Counted from the stretch's first letter, positions 1 to 10,016 are shown. The stretch is 64,000 nt of DNA from a bacterium (GCA_963681965.1 OY820579.1:3200001-3264000), one strand, 5' to 3'. Program-made: numbers and translations. The notes: generated from the sequence alone by a model not told the origin.

Positions 1-23
1 CGCTTTTTTGTATTTTACTCGCA

Positions 24-518
24 TTAATTCGCGCCAGTGGATTGATTGCGCTCAATCCATTCTTCGATTTGGAACGAATGCCGCATTGGATGCATAACAG
101 CATGTTCCAGCATCGCATCCAGACAATAATCGATATCCCAATTCGATTTGAAAACTTGATCCCATTTCTCCTCGGGAATTTCTGAAAAAGGTAAACTCCA
201 CGCTTCAAATAATTGATCAAGGTAGTCGGGTGTATCTCGCGCAATATTCGGCAGTTCCGGGGGTTTTGCGAGTGCTGGCGGAATAATTACCAATTTGTCG
301 CACAACCAAAACAAGTACATTCGCGAAGAACTAAGTAAATGTTGAAGTAACTCCTCCCAGCTCTCGTAATCCATACCGGGAGAAGGTAACGAGCGACCTA
401 AGGAAACTCCCTGTAACCATGTGCGGTAAAATACCCGGAGTTGACGGTCGTGTAAGATGATCATAGCTCGCGCACCGCGATAAGAGAAATCAGACAATTG
501 TTGCTTGTGTTCGCTCAT
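24..518 (-). CDS. DinB/YfiT-like four-helix putative metalloprotein
   Basis: 164 aa; N-terminal His (LQHLL) and C-terminal LEHAVMHPMRH cluster typical of the DinB superfamily; last gene of the ubiA-dprE operon. Confidence 0.55.
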   Translation of the reverse strand: MSEHKQQLSDFSYRGARAMIILHDRQLRVFYRTWLQGVSLGRSLPSPGMDYESWEELLQHLLSSSRMYLFWLCDKLVIIPPALAKPPELPNIARDTPDYLDQLFEAWSLPFSEIPEEKWDQVFKSNWDIDYCLDAMLEHAVMHPMRHSFQIEEWIERNQSTGAN

Positions 519-539
519 TTTAGTTTCTCGCTAAAAAAA

Positions 540-2696
540 TTACAGATTTAATTTATCGAAGATTATTTTTGGAAGTAACCGGATGATCAACATAATGTAG
601 CGCCAGATCCCCGGAGTATAAACGACAGATTTCCCGTTCAGAACGTACTTGACGATCCTAACAGCCTGATCTTTTGGTTCAGCCAATAGTGGCAATTTGT
701 CGATACCCGCTACCATTGGTGTTCGCGTTGGTCCTGGTTTAATCGTTGTGACAAAAATCTTCGATCCGGCAAAACGGTGTTGCAATCCTTGTAGATATAG
801 ATGGAGAGCCGCTTTGTCGGCACCATAGAAATAATTCGATCGTCGTCCGCGATCGCCGGCTGGGCTTCCGATTGCGGCAATGTGACCCGTACCGCGTATT
901 TCAAACAGATTGGCAATCCGTTCTAAAAAGAGCATCGGTTGAGTATAATTGATGTTGTGGTGCTCGATCGCGATATCGGTCTGATATTGCAATTGGGATT
1001 GTGACCACATCACTCCAGCAGCCCAGATTACACCGGCAATCGGTCCATAGGAAGCTTGAATCTCAGTTAGAAATGCGTCGATTGCGGCAGTTTGACTCTC
1101 CGGCAAGAAACCAGTTTCGATGTGAACACCGGATGATTTCGAGACTGATTCAGCGAGCTGTTTCAATTCGGTAGATCGGCTTGGGATATCGATTAATATC
1201 AGATTCTTATTTTGCTTCGCTAATTCGATAGCGAGTTCCGATCCAATACCACCGGTAGCACCAACCAATAACCAGTATTCTCGTTTCGATTCCGAAAGTG
1301 AGTTCATCGTTTTGACATCCGGTTTTACATCGTCGTCGATTTTTAATCTTCGCGATAAGTCGGAAGAAAACCGGCAATCGGGATCGACCTTCCGTTTAAT
1401 CTCGAGCCATTTCGGATAGTCGGGATAAAGCGATCGGAAAGTTTCCGGTTTCATCCGATAATCTTTCGCGAGATAAATGCGCCCTTTTTTCGCGATAATC
1501 AGTTCATCCAACTCGTCCAGCAGTTCGAACAAACCCGGTCGAACTGCGATATCAAGTGCCATCGTCCAACCCGGACGTGGAAATGACAAAGGTCCTTCTT
1601 GCGCTCCAAATCGCTTCAGAACTGTTAACGACGATGGGTGTCCCGCTTCCAGACAACGCTTGAGCACGTGGTGAATCACATCGTAACCACCATCCATCGG
1701 TACGACAAATTGATATTGAATGAAACCGGGTTTACTGTATAGTTTATTCCACTGATCCACTACGTCAAGTGGGTAAAAATATTTGTAGGCGGATAACACC
1801 TGCTGGTTTCGAATAGCACCCAGTTGTTTCCAGTAGTAAACGAAATTGAAAAATCGCGTTGTTAATGGATTGACTGCGCTGATCGGTAACACGAACGGCA
1901 TTTTGATTTGCTTCGTCGGGGGTAGTTCAAACGGCTGATTTCGCAACCGTTCGGGTAACTCTGACTGCGTCGTATGCCTGCCCAGAATCACTTCACCACG
2001 ACCCAGTTTATTTCCCGATGCGGTACTGTCGATCCATGCTACGGTATAGCGCCAATTGGAATCGTTCGCCGACAATTCATCCATGGTCTGTCGAAGCGAA
2101 TCGGTGCGAATCGTTTCAGTATGGATCCAAGTCGATTCGACGCGCAATAGCTGCATCGAAACTTTACAGATTAATCCGGTTAAACCCATTCCGCCGAGTG
2201 TAGCATCGAACAATTCACTGTTTTCGGTAGCGCTGCATTTCACGAAAGAACCATCGGCAAGCATTAACTCAATCCAATTGATATGACGATCGATTGAACC
2301 GTCGCTGTGATGATTTTTTCCGTGGACGTTGGCTGCGACACAACCTGATAAAGTAGGATATCGGGTTCCGGGAGTTACCGGGAGAAACCAACCGTGAGGG
2401 ACAATTTTCGTCAATAGATCGTGAAGCGTTACACCCGGTTCACATACAACCACACCGGTAATTGTGTCGAATGATAAAATTCGATTGAACGCTTCAAACG
2501 AAATCGTTCGTCCAAGTGAATTCAACGATGCGTCGCCGTAACTTCGACCCATTCCGAATACGATCAAGCGGTCAGTGGAATCGGCAAGAAGAGATTGTGA
2601 ATTTTCTAGATGATCGGGTTCAACGATAGTGGATCGGACTATTTTCGTTCGTCCCCAATTGCTTAGTAGTTTCTGTGACCAGCGGATTCTATTCAT
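540..2696 (-). CDS. dprE1: Fused DprE1-like FAD oxidoreductase + DprE2-like SDR (polyprenyl-phosphoribose 2'-epimerase)
   Basis: GMGRSYGD, VTPGT, NVHGKNHH, GGMGLTG, YLAKD and SDLSRRL (DprE1), then in frame GATGGIG, GDRGRRSN, YGADK and KPGPTRTPM (DprE2-type SDR). The ATG at 2696 avoids overlap with the upstream gene. Confidence 0.85.
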   Translation of the reverse strand: MNRIRWSQKLLSNWGRTKIVRSTIVEPDHLENSQSLLADSTDRLIVFGMGRSYGDASLNSLGRTISFEAFNRILSFDTITGVVVCEPGVTLHDLLTKIVPHGWFLPVTPGTRYPTLSGCVAANVHGKNHHSDGSIDRHINWIELMLADGSFVKCSATENSELFDATLGGMGLTGLICKVSMQLLRVESTWIHTETIRTDSLRQTMDELSANDSNWRYTVAWIDSTASGNKLGRGEVILGRHTTQSELPERLRNQPFELPPTKQIKMPFVLPISAVNPLTTRFFNFVYYWKQLGAIRNQQVLSAYKYFYPLDVVDQWNKLYSKPGFIQYQFVVPMDGGYDVIHHVLKRCLEAGHPSSLTVLKRFGAQEGPLSFPRPGWTMALDIAVRPGLFELLDELDELIIAKKGRIYLAKDYRMKPETFRSLYPDYPKWLEIKRKVDPDCRFSSDLSRRLKIDDDVKPDVKTMNSLSESKREYWLLVGATGGIGSELAIELAKQNKNLILIDIPSRSTELKQLAESVSKSSGVHIETGFLPESQTAAIDAFLTEIQASYGPIAGVIWAAGVMWSQSQLQYQTDIAIEHHNINYTQPMLFLERIANLFEIRGTGHIAAIGSPAGDRGRRSNYFYGADKAALHLYLQGLQHRFAGSKIFVTTIKPGPTRTPMVAGIDKLPLLAEPKDQAVRIVKYVLNGKSVVYTPGIWRYIMLIIRLLPKIIFDKLNL

Positions 2697-2710
2697 GTCG
2701 GAATGCAATC

Positions 2711-3583
2711 TCAATGCAATAGGCTCACGGTAACAATAATTGCCAACCAAATTAATACAACTACCCATATCACTTTATCTTGGAGAATCGCCTCGGTCGG
2801 ATCTTCGCATACTTCGTTCGTGTAAACTCTAGCGGTATATCGGAACAGTCCATAGATCACAAGTGGTGTCGAGTAAATTAAATTCTTAGAACCCACCCGT
2901 TGCACTGTCTCAGGATCGATGGTATAAAGCATATATGCCAACATCGTCATCCCGGAAACAACCGTGATCCATTGATCCCAAACGGCTACTGGTGGCGCAT
3001 TCTGTAAACTGATCCGGCTTGAATTTGCGTCGATTCCCACTCGAACGATTTCTTGACGTCGTTTTATCAATGCCAGCATCAGGGAAATTAAAAAAGCGCA
3101 AATCAACAACCAGTCCGACACCGTAACTTCGATGGCTGCCGCACCGAAAACCGCTCGCGTAGTCAGTCCACCCGCAACAATAAAGACATCCAACATTAGA
3201 ATATGTTTGAGACGAATAGAATATAACAACATTGCCAAAAAGTAACCGACGAGAATCCATGTAGCGATCGGTGGTAGAAACAATCCACCGAGAGAAATCG
3301 CTAATAGTAGAATTATGATGCCCAAAATTATCGCTTGAGTAGGAGATACTGCTCCCGAAGCGATCGGTCGGTGACGTTTGATTGGATGATTGCGATCTTG
3401 CTTGACATCGAAAAGGTCGTTGAAGATATACACACTGCTGGCAGTCAGCGAAAAAGAGATAAAGGCAATGATCAGTTCCAATATTTTTTGCTTGTCACTC
3501 CACTGTCCAGCAAATATAAAAGCCGTAAATATCAACAGATTTTTTGTCCATTGTTTTATTCTAAGAAGTCGGATGAAATTCAT
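2711..3583 (-). CDS. ubiA: UbiA-family polyprenyl-phosphate phosphoribosyltransferase
   Basis: RIKQWTKNLL, NDLFDVKQDRNHPIKRHRPIASG, KRRQE and EDPT motifs; multi-TM; adjacent to dprE1/2. Confidence 0.9.
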   Translation of the reverse strand: MNFIRLLRIKQWTKNLLIFTAFIFAGQWSDKQKILELIIAFISFSLTASSVYIFNDLFDVKQDRNHPIKRHRPIASGAVSPTQAIILGIIILLLAISLGGLFLPPIATWILVGYFLAMLLYSIRLKHILMLDVFIVAGGLTTRAVFGAAAIEVTVSDWLLICAFLISLMLALIKRRQEIVRVGIDANSSRISLQNAPPVAVWDQWITVVSGMTMLAYMLYTIDPETVQRVGSKNLIYSTPLVIYGLFRYTARVYTNEVCEDPTEAILQDKVIWVVVLIWLAIIVTVSLLH

Positions 3584-3979
3584 CTTATCCCTTTGGTCAG
3601 ATAAAATAAGGTCGGTTGTCGGTTAAATCTTTTTCGATCACGTTATAGAATTCGGCATAATTCTATAACGGATGGTCGAATAGATCGTTCCTTACTTGCA
3701 CGTTATCTTCACTAGAAATAGGTACGACTTGGCTATATTTACTAACAATCAATCTAGCAATATACATAGGAAAATCCAATCACAATCACAGATTCATCTG
3801 TACATTCGGTTAATTATTTTGTGTACTTCGGTCCTGCAACCTCTTTTTCGGGATATTTCATATACTGATTACATCCGGAAATCGATTTGATAGACAATCA
3901 TTAACCTGCACTTGGGTTGTATTAGACAACAAATCAGCGCAATTCCATTTTCAGCGCGCAACCTCTCAAAAACCAGTAG

Positions 3980-4008
3980 TTGAATTATCCAGTTTTTTTT
4001 TGTATAAT
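3980..4008 (+). promoter_or_regulatory. sigma70 promoter of tRNA-Asp
   Basis: TTGAAT-17 bp-TATAAT. Confidence 0.8.
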
Positions 4009-4035
4009 AGCTGTGCTTTACAAATGCACAACCTA

Positions 4036-4109
<74 letters not shown>

Positions 4110-4111
4110 CT

Positions 4112-4137
4112 AAGGTCGCTGGAAACAGCGACCTTTT
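4112..4137 (+). terminator. Intrinsic terminator after tRNA-Asp
   Basis: AAGGTCGCTG-GAAA-CAGCGACCTT followed by TT. Confidence 0.75.
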
Positions 4138-4263
4138 CTAATTTTAGTCGATTACGGCTCGCTGAATCGGATAATTTGAGTTGAGGATAGTCAACGCACT
4201 ATCTTTACTCCAATACTAGATATTCGATCAACCGCATTGGAAGTGTATCGTAGAAAGGAAATC

Positions 4264-5184
4264 ATGAAATCGAAAGACTTTTTGTCGATGACCGACTGGA
4301 CACGCGATGAATTGGATCATGCCCTTCAACTCGCCCATAAGCTTAAAAAAGAACTGAAAGCCACAGGAACACACCAAACCAAGCCGCTTTCGGGTAAAAC
4401 CTATGGTTGCATTTTCCATAAAGCATCGCTGAGAACTCGGATTTCATTTGAGACCGGCATCTACCAGCTTGGTGGTAATGCCATGTACATCACCGACAAA
4501 GAAATTGAACTTGGGAAGCGTGAAACAATTGAAGATGCCGCCCGCGTCCTTTCACGTTACCTCGGTGGTATCGTTATTCGAACATATCACCAAAACGATA
4601 TTGTAAAATTAGCGGAATGGGCAAATATTCCGGTGATCAATGCTTTAACGGATTTGCTGCACCCTTGCCAATTAATGGCTGATATCCAGACAATTATCGA
4701 GAAAAAAGGGCGAATCGATGGATTAAAGATCGCTTATCTTGGCGATGGCAATAATATGGCAAATTCATGGATCGAAACTGCGAATCGCTGGGAAATCGAT
4801 TTACGTATCGGCACTTCCCCCGATACGATGCCTGATGCGACCATTTTGGCAAAAGCCAACGCTGAAGGTCCCGGTAAAGTATCGATCTGTCACGATGCAA
4901 TCGAAGCTGTTACCGGTGTTGATGTGATCTACACTGACGTGTGGGCGTCGATGGGTGCTAAAGATAAGTCCGACATCAATGCCGAACGACTCAAGCAGTT
5001 CCAAGTGAATATGACACTGCTTCGAAACGCACATCCAGATGCAATTGTAATGCATTGTTTGCCGGCTGAGCGCGGTCGTGAAATCACTGATGAAGTGTTG
5101 GAAAGCAAGCATTCGGTTGTTTTCGATGAAGCCGAAAATCGACTTCATGCGCAAAAAGGCGTTATGTGCCTGTTGGCTGAATAG
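4264..5184 (+). CDS. argF: Ornithine carbamoyltransferase
   Basis: SLRTR, HPCQ, GDGNN, DVWASMG, HCLP and EAENR motifs; SD AAGGA before ATG 4264. Confidence 0.95.
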   Translation: MKSKDFLSMTDWTRDELDHALQLAHKLKKELKATGTHQTKPLSGKTYGCIFHKASLRTRISFETGIYQLGGNAMYITDKEIELGKRETIEDAARVLSRYLGGIVIRTYHQNDIVKLAEWANIPVINALTDLLHPCQLMADIQTIIEKKGRIDGLKIAYLGDGNNMANSWIETANRWEIDLRIGTSPDTMPDATILAKANAEGPGKVSICHDAIEAVTGVDVIYTDVWASMGAKDKSDINAERLKQFQVNMTLLRNAHPDAIVMHCLPAERGREITDEVLESKHSVVFDEAENRLHAQKGVMCLLAE

Positions 5185-5230
5185 CAACTAGAATTACGCA
5201 TTTGGAATTTTATTTTTTTTCAATTATTAC

Positions 5231-5259
5231 TTGCTTTTTCTGCGATCTCATTGTATGAT
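5231..5259 (+). promoter_or_regulatory. sigma70 promoter
   Basis: TTGCTT-17 bp-TATGAT upstream of the ORF at 5283. Confidence 0.6.
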
Positions 5260-5282
5260 TAGTCGAACAGAAAGAGAAAAAC

Positions 5283-5735
5283 ATGCCCGATGCGTTTTCG
5301 ATTGTGGTTTCCGCTTTACTGGCGATGGCAGTACTACTGTTCGCTGTTTCACGGATATTACGTCACAATCCATCCGTCAAGAATGAAGAATTTCGTGCTC
5401 TGATTCAGACAGAATTTTCCCGAGCGAAACGTCTCGGGAAAATCGTTGCAATAATCGAGATTGAATTGGAAAATGCTGGCAATACTGATTTAGTAAGTCA
5501 GTTGACAGTTGATCGTGCGTTGATCCGCGATTACGACCATCTAATGCTAGTATCTCCCAATAAATATGTCTTGTTATGGCCTGATAATGCCCCCGAAATT
5601 GAACCGAATGTGATCAGAGATCGTGTCAGATCAAGATTAGCTGGACTTAAAGGGATCAAGCATCTAGGTGTGGCGATATTCCCCAATCACGGTGAGAAAT
5701 TCGAACAGCTCTTTGCCCTCGCCGAGCAGGAATAA
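5283..5735 (+). CDS. Membrane-anchored degenerate GGDEF-like protein
   Basis: N-terminal TM; EFSRAKR...IEIE and LGVAIFPNHGEKFEQLFALAE match the GGDEF N- and C-terminal elements; no GG[DE]EF motif. Confidence 0.6.
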   Translation: MPDAFSIVVSALLAMAVLLFAVSRILRHNPSVKNEEFRALIQTEFSRAKRLGKIVAIIEIELENAGNTDLVSQLTVDRALIRDYDHLMLVSPNKYVLLWPDNAPEIEPNVIRDRVRSRLAGLKGIKHLGVAIFPNHGEKFEQLFALAEQE

Positions 5736-5754
5736 CTTGAAATTTCGATCTTAC

Positions 5755-5781
5755 AGGGCGCAAGTTGCGCCCTTTTTTTTT
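5755..5781 (+). terminator. Intrinsic terminator
   Basis: AGGGCGCAA-G-TTGCGCCCT followed by a T-run. Confidence 0.85.
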
Positions 5782-5839
5782 CGATTCATTTCTCCGTATC
5801 AATTAAATCACGAGCACCAGTCAATCGGTAAATATTGTT

Positions 5840-6544
5840 ATGAATAAACATACAACACTTTACAATTCAATTAGTTCCCGCGTTGATCGTTGGGATACGA
5901 TGTTCTTATTGATAGTGTTCATGACATTCTTCTGGACAGCAATCCTAAGTGCATGGATTCCGCAGTTATTCGCATTTTTATCAATCGCATTAATTCTGAT
6001 TATCATCCCCGTTTTTTCACACCATTTGACGTTTAAACACCAGTGGAAAATGAATCGACTGATCTCAGTTATCTCTGTGACAATCTCTCTGTTTTTTTTG
6101 TTTTCGATCGTCGCATTCACTTATTTTCGAAATCATTTTTCGCAATCCTCATTAAAGCTAGATCTTGTCGTCGGGTTGCTTGACTATTTACATTTTTCAT
6201 CAATACAATTTGTTTTATTAATTGTTATCGCTATCGGAGAAGAACTCTTCTGGCGCGGTTATGTGCAAACCAAGATCAGTAATTCGATTGGCGATCGACG
6301 GGGATTGCTTGCGACTTCGCTATTATATGGATTGATGTTTATCCCCACCAACGAACCGCTGTTGTTTGCAATGGCGACAGTAAGCAGTCTCTACTGGGGT
6401 TGGATCTATGCCCATACGAAAACGATTTGGGTGACTCTGATCTCGCACCCTGTTTGGATCGGACTTACTCTTGCAGTACTTCCCCAAACAAATCACGCAA
6501 GTGAGCGATATGTTGACATCATCCGAATTTTACATCTTTGCTAG
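5840..6544 (+). CDS. CPBP (CAAX/Abi) intramembrane metalloprotease family protein
   Basis: GEELFWRG motif, C-terminal SH, multiple TM helices. Confidence 0.85.
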   Translation: MNKHTTLYNSISSRVDRWDTMFLLIVFMTFFWTAILSAWIPQLFAFLSIALILIIIPVFSHHLTFKHQWKMNRLISVISVTISLFFLFSIVAFTYFRNHFSQSSLKLDLVVGLLDYLHFSSIQFVLLIVIAIGEELFWRGYVQTKISNSIGDRRGLLATSLLYGLMFIPTNEPLLFAMATVSSLYWGWIYAHTKTIWVTLISHPVWIGLTLAVLPQTNHASERYVDIIRILHLC

Positions 6545-6560
6545 AAATGGTAGGTAATAA

Positions 6561-7088
6561 GTGAATCTAGAAAATTTTGAACAGGGATTGTCTTGGGAAT
6601 CTTTCTTCTCGCGAATTCAAATGCATCGAAATCAGTGGCGTGAAAATTTGACGAAAGATATCAATATTCCAGATGGTCTAGCACAAATCATTCAGCACTA
6701 CCCCCATCACTTGAAAGTTGTCGGGATTTTTGCCGATTGGTGCGGTGACGCCGTTCAGGAAGTACCTGCGATCATCAATCTGCTCCAGCTCAATCCGCAA
6801 ATCGAAGTCCGGATTTTTATTCGGGACGATCATCCTGACCTGATGGATCAATACCTGACCAACGGTGGAAAGGCTATTCCCAAATTTGTCATCTTCTCCG
6901 ATCAATTCGACGAGTTGGCACAATGGGGACCCCGTCCAGCAGGCGCGCAAGCAGTACTTCAGCACGAGAAATCAACAGGAGCAACTGTTAAAGAATATTG
7001 GCCGAAAATCCAAGCTTGGTATCTCGAAAACCACCCACTGGCTTTGTGGCAAGAGTGGGCTGAAATCTTTAGGATGCTAACGCGATGA
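6561..7088 (+). CDS. Thioredoxin-family protein (WCGD type)
   Basis: ADWCGDA, LTNGGKAIP and WGPRP motifs. Confidence 0.85.
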   Translation: MNLENFEQGLSWESFFSRIQMHRNQWRENLTKDINIPDGLAQIIQHYPHHLKVVGIFADWCGDAVQEVPAIINLLQLNPQIEVRIFIRDDHPDLMDQYLTNGGKAIPKFVIFSDQFDELAQWGPRPAGAQAVLQHEKSTGATVKEYWPKIQAWYLENHPLALWQEWAEIFRMLTR

Positions 7089-7552
7089 CCCAACCCGAAC
7101 AACAAACGGATCAGAATCCGGAACAGGATGCTGACGATAATAAGATCGATAAACAAACGCTGGCGAAAATGATATCGGGCGAAATCGCTCCACCTGCCAA
7201 CAATCATCGTGTTATTGCCGGGATCATCATCGGAGCGATAGTCGGTTTTGTCGAAGCGGGTTTACCCCGGTCAGGTGACGAATGGTTCCCGCGATCCTTT
7301 ATCTATGTTGGATTGCGGATCGTAACTGGTCTTGCTTGTGCTTGGGTACCGTGGCGGGTTCACTCAGTTTTGCGAGGTGTTGTATTCAGCTTAGTGTTGG
7401 GAGTTCCGCTGTTTTTTACTTATGGAAATGCCGATATTGCCCGATCGATCATTCTCGCTGCCATATCTGGTTTATTGATTGGATACTGGACTGAGCGATT
7501 GGGAATTTCTCGAAAACATCACAAGTCATCTGATCCGATCGATCAAAGCTGA
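7085..7552 (+). CDS. Hypothetical membrane protein
   Basis: About four hydrophobic segments; start overlaps the stop of the upstream gene. Confidence 0.6.
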   Translation: MTQPEQQTDQNPEQDADDNKIDKQTLAKMISGEIAPPANNHRVIAGIIIGAIVGFVEAGLPRSGDEWFPRSFIYVGLRIVTGLACAWVPWRVHSVLRGVVFSLVLGVPLFFTYGNADIARSIILAAISGLLIGYWTERLGISRKHHKSSDPIDQS

Positions 7553-7564
7553 AAAATTTCACCG

Positions 7565-8332
7565 ATGAACTTTCGAAAAAGTCAAGCAATTGTTTTACAC
7601 GGGCGACGATGGAGTGAATCGTCACTCATCCTCACCTGTATCACGGCTGACTATGGCAAAGTGTCTGTCGTTTCGAAAGGGGTCAGACGTCCGAAATCCA
7701 ATGTCGCACCATACCATATTCCGGGCGCTCACGTTGAATTGATCTGGATCCATCAACCGCAGCGCGACCTTTTTTCCTTAGTCAGTATCGATCCCGTTGA
7801 ACGATTGCAACCATTTACCGATATTGCGCGGTTTAATTCCGGGATGCGATTGCTGAAATTGGTACGGAAAACAACGATGCCGGAATCGCCGCATCTCGCT
7901 GGGTTCCATCAATTGCTCCGATCGCTGCATGCGCTCTCCGACCCACTGACTGATCCAGCACTGATTTACTGGCAATTTACTATTCGCTGGTTTGCTGAAA
8001 TGGGTTTCCCGTGGGATTTGGCGCAATGTAACGTTTGTGGACACTCCGTTCGAGGAAACCAGATTGGATATCTCGTCGAGCAAGGTTCCGGAATCTGCAA
8101 TCGCTGTCTCAAACAACAATCTACCACACAAATTCCAAATCTATTGCTCATCGGCGGTGAAACTTTTGCAATCCTGAAAAAACTGGAGACCATGCCGGAA
8201 CGCGGTCTCCACCGCATTTCCGTATCCGAGCGCTCGCGCGAAGAGATCGAATTGGTCTGTAATCGTTTCAGCGAGTATCATTTGGGGTTTCAGATCCGGT
8301 TGAAACCGATAATGGATGTTGTTTCCGTATGA
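7565..8332 (+). CDS. recO: DNA repair protein RecO
   Basis: OB-fold start (AIVLH...WSESSLI...GKVSVVSKGVRRPKS) and a CxxC...CxxC zinc finger. Confidence 0.92.
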   Translation: MNFRKSQAIVLHGRRWSESSLILTCITADYGKVSVVSKGVRRPKSNVAPYHIPGAHVELIWIHQPQRDLFSLVSIDPVERLQPFTDIARFNSGMRLLKLVRKTTMPESPHLAGFHQLLRSLHALSDPLTDPALIYWQFTIRWFAEMGFPWDLAQCNVCGHSVRGNQIGYLVEQGSGICNRCLKQQSTTQIPNLLLIGGETFAILKKLETMPERGLHRISVSERSREEIELVCNRFSEYHLGFQIRLKPIMDVVSV

Positions 8333-8411
8333 TTCTTGCAATAACTTTTTGAGTTCTGTTTTCGAAAAATGTTCTGAATTTAACGTACTTACACTAGGAA
8401 AAGGAGCTACC

Positions 8412-10016
8412 GTGAGTTTGCAAACCTTTATCGATACCCTGACCGGAGAACTCGTTCCACTTTACAAAGAAGCGTGCGAAGGTTATTGGGAATTCACCAC
8501 GACCGGAAAACCGGAAGCGATGGAACGCAGCGCGAACGCCGATAAAAAAATGTTGGCATTGTGGGCAGACCCGGCTCGATTCACCGAATTCAAACAAGTC
8601 TCCGCTGCCGATGACAAATCCGATCCCATTCGCAGTCGCATTGCCGAACAACTGCTCAACGACTTTACCGGCGGTGCATTGACCCCGGAAGAAATCGAAG
8701 ATTCAGTGAAGCGCGAAAAAGAGATCGAAAACGATTTCACCACTTTTCGGGCGCTGGTCGGTGGCGAAAAACGTACCGAAAACTGGTTGCGCGAACAACT
8801 GAAAACTTCATCCGACGCAGCATTCCGCAAGGAAGTATGGGAAGGCGCGAAGCAGATCGGTACACTGGTCGGACCCAAAGTCCGAGAACTGGTGAAAGCC
8901 CGCAATGCCATCGCACGTCGTCTCGGATACACCGATGCTTGGACGATGCGCATCAAATTGCAAGAACTCGATCCCGAACAACTGACTTCGATTCTCGAAC
9001 AGGTTTTCGAAGGCACGAAAGAACCGTGGGCGAAATTCAAACGCGGTCTTGAGGCAAAGCTTTCCAAGAAGTATGGCATTTCGACCGATGAACTTTATCC
9101 CTGGCACTATGAAGATCTCTTCTTCCAGGAAGCACCGGTACTAGAGTATTCGATCGAGAAATTCTTCGAAGGCAAGAATCTCGAAGCAATGACCAAATCG
9201 TTTTACGACGCCATCGGTCTCGAAATCGACAATATCCTCAAACGTAGCGACCTCTACGAACGCGAAGGCAAGCAGCAGCATGCTTACTGCATGTCAGTCG
9301 ATCGCGCCGAAGATATCCGCATTCTTTGCAATGTCAAACCGACCGATTACTGGATGAGCACGATGCTCCACGAATTCGGACACGGTGTTTACGATGCCGA
9401 AATCGATCATTCGCTCCCGTTCATGCTTCGCTCGCCGGCACACACGCTGACCACCGAAGCCATTGCGATGATGATGGAACGTAACGTGAAGAACCCCGTT
9501 TGGTTAACCATGTATGCCGATGTACCGAAAGCCGATGCCGAAAAAGCCGGCGCGATTTTCGCCGAAAATATGGTCGCAAAGCACTTGATTATGGCGCGCT
9601 GGTGTCTGGTCATGGTTAATTTCGAACGGGCGATGTATGCCAATCCCGATGCCGATCTCGATACTTATTGGTGGGATCTGGTCGAGAAATATCAGGAAAT
9701 CAAGCGACCGCCAAACCGCAAGAATAGCGACTGGGCAGCCAAGATTCACCTCGGTTGCAGTCCCGTTTATTACCAGAATTATTTGCTGGGCGATCTGATG
9801 GCGTCGCAATTGCAATATGCAATCAAGCACGTCGTATTGAACGGTGAAACCGATGTCGAGAAAGCTTACGTTTCCTCGCCGAAGGTCGGTGCATTCTTGA
9901 AAGCAAAAGTATTCGGTCCGGGAAGCCGATGGCATTGGAACAAACTGGTCGAATTCGCTACCAGTGAGCCATTAACGGCAAAAGCATTCATCGCTGCGTG
10001 TAAAAATCAGCACTAA
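8412..10016 (+). CDS. M2/M3-type zinc metallopeptidase
   Basis: HEFGH zinc motif, downstream TEAIA glutamate, KIH...PVYYQNY; SD AGGAG before GTG 8412. Confidence 0.85.
   Translation: MSLQTFIDTLTGELVPLYKEACEGYWEFTTTGKPEAMERSANADKKMLALWADPARFTEFKQVSAADDKSDPIRSRIAEQLLNDFTGGALTPEEIEDSVKREKEIENDFTTFRALVGGEKRTENWLREQLKTSSDAAFRKEVWEGAKQIGTLVGPKVRELVKARNAIARRLGYTDAWTMRIKLQELDPEQLTSILEQVFEGTKEPWAKFKRGLEAKLSKKYGISTDELYPWHYEDLFFQEAPVLEYSIEKFFEGKNLEAMTKSFYDAIGLEIDNILKRSDLYEREGKQQHAYCMSVDRAEDIRILCNVKPTDYWMSTMLHEFGHGVYDAEIDHSLPFMLRSPAHTLTTEAIAMMMERNVKNPVWLTMYADVPKADAEKAGAIFAENMVAKHLIMARWCLVMVNFERAMYANPDADLDTYWWDLVEKYQEIKRPPNRKNSDWAAKIHLGCSPVYYQNYLLGDLMASQLQYAIKHVVLNGETDVEKAYVSSPKVGAFLKAKVFGPGSRWHWNKLVEFATSEPLTAKAFIAACKNQH

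Noticed and set aside
4264-5184. N-succinyl/acetyl-ornithine transcarbamylase suggested by SLRT
   Set aside because: The DxxxSMG ornithine-binding loop and GDGNN are retained, as in an ordinary OTC
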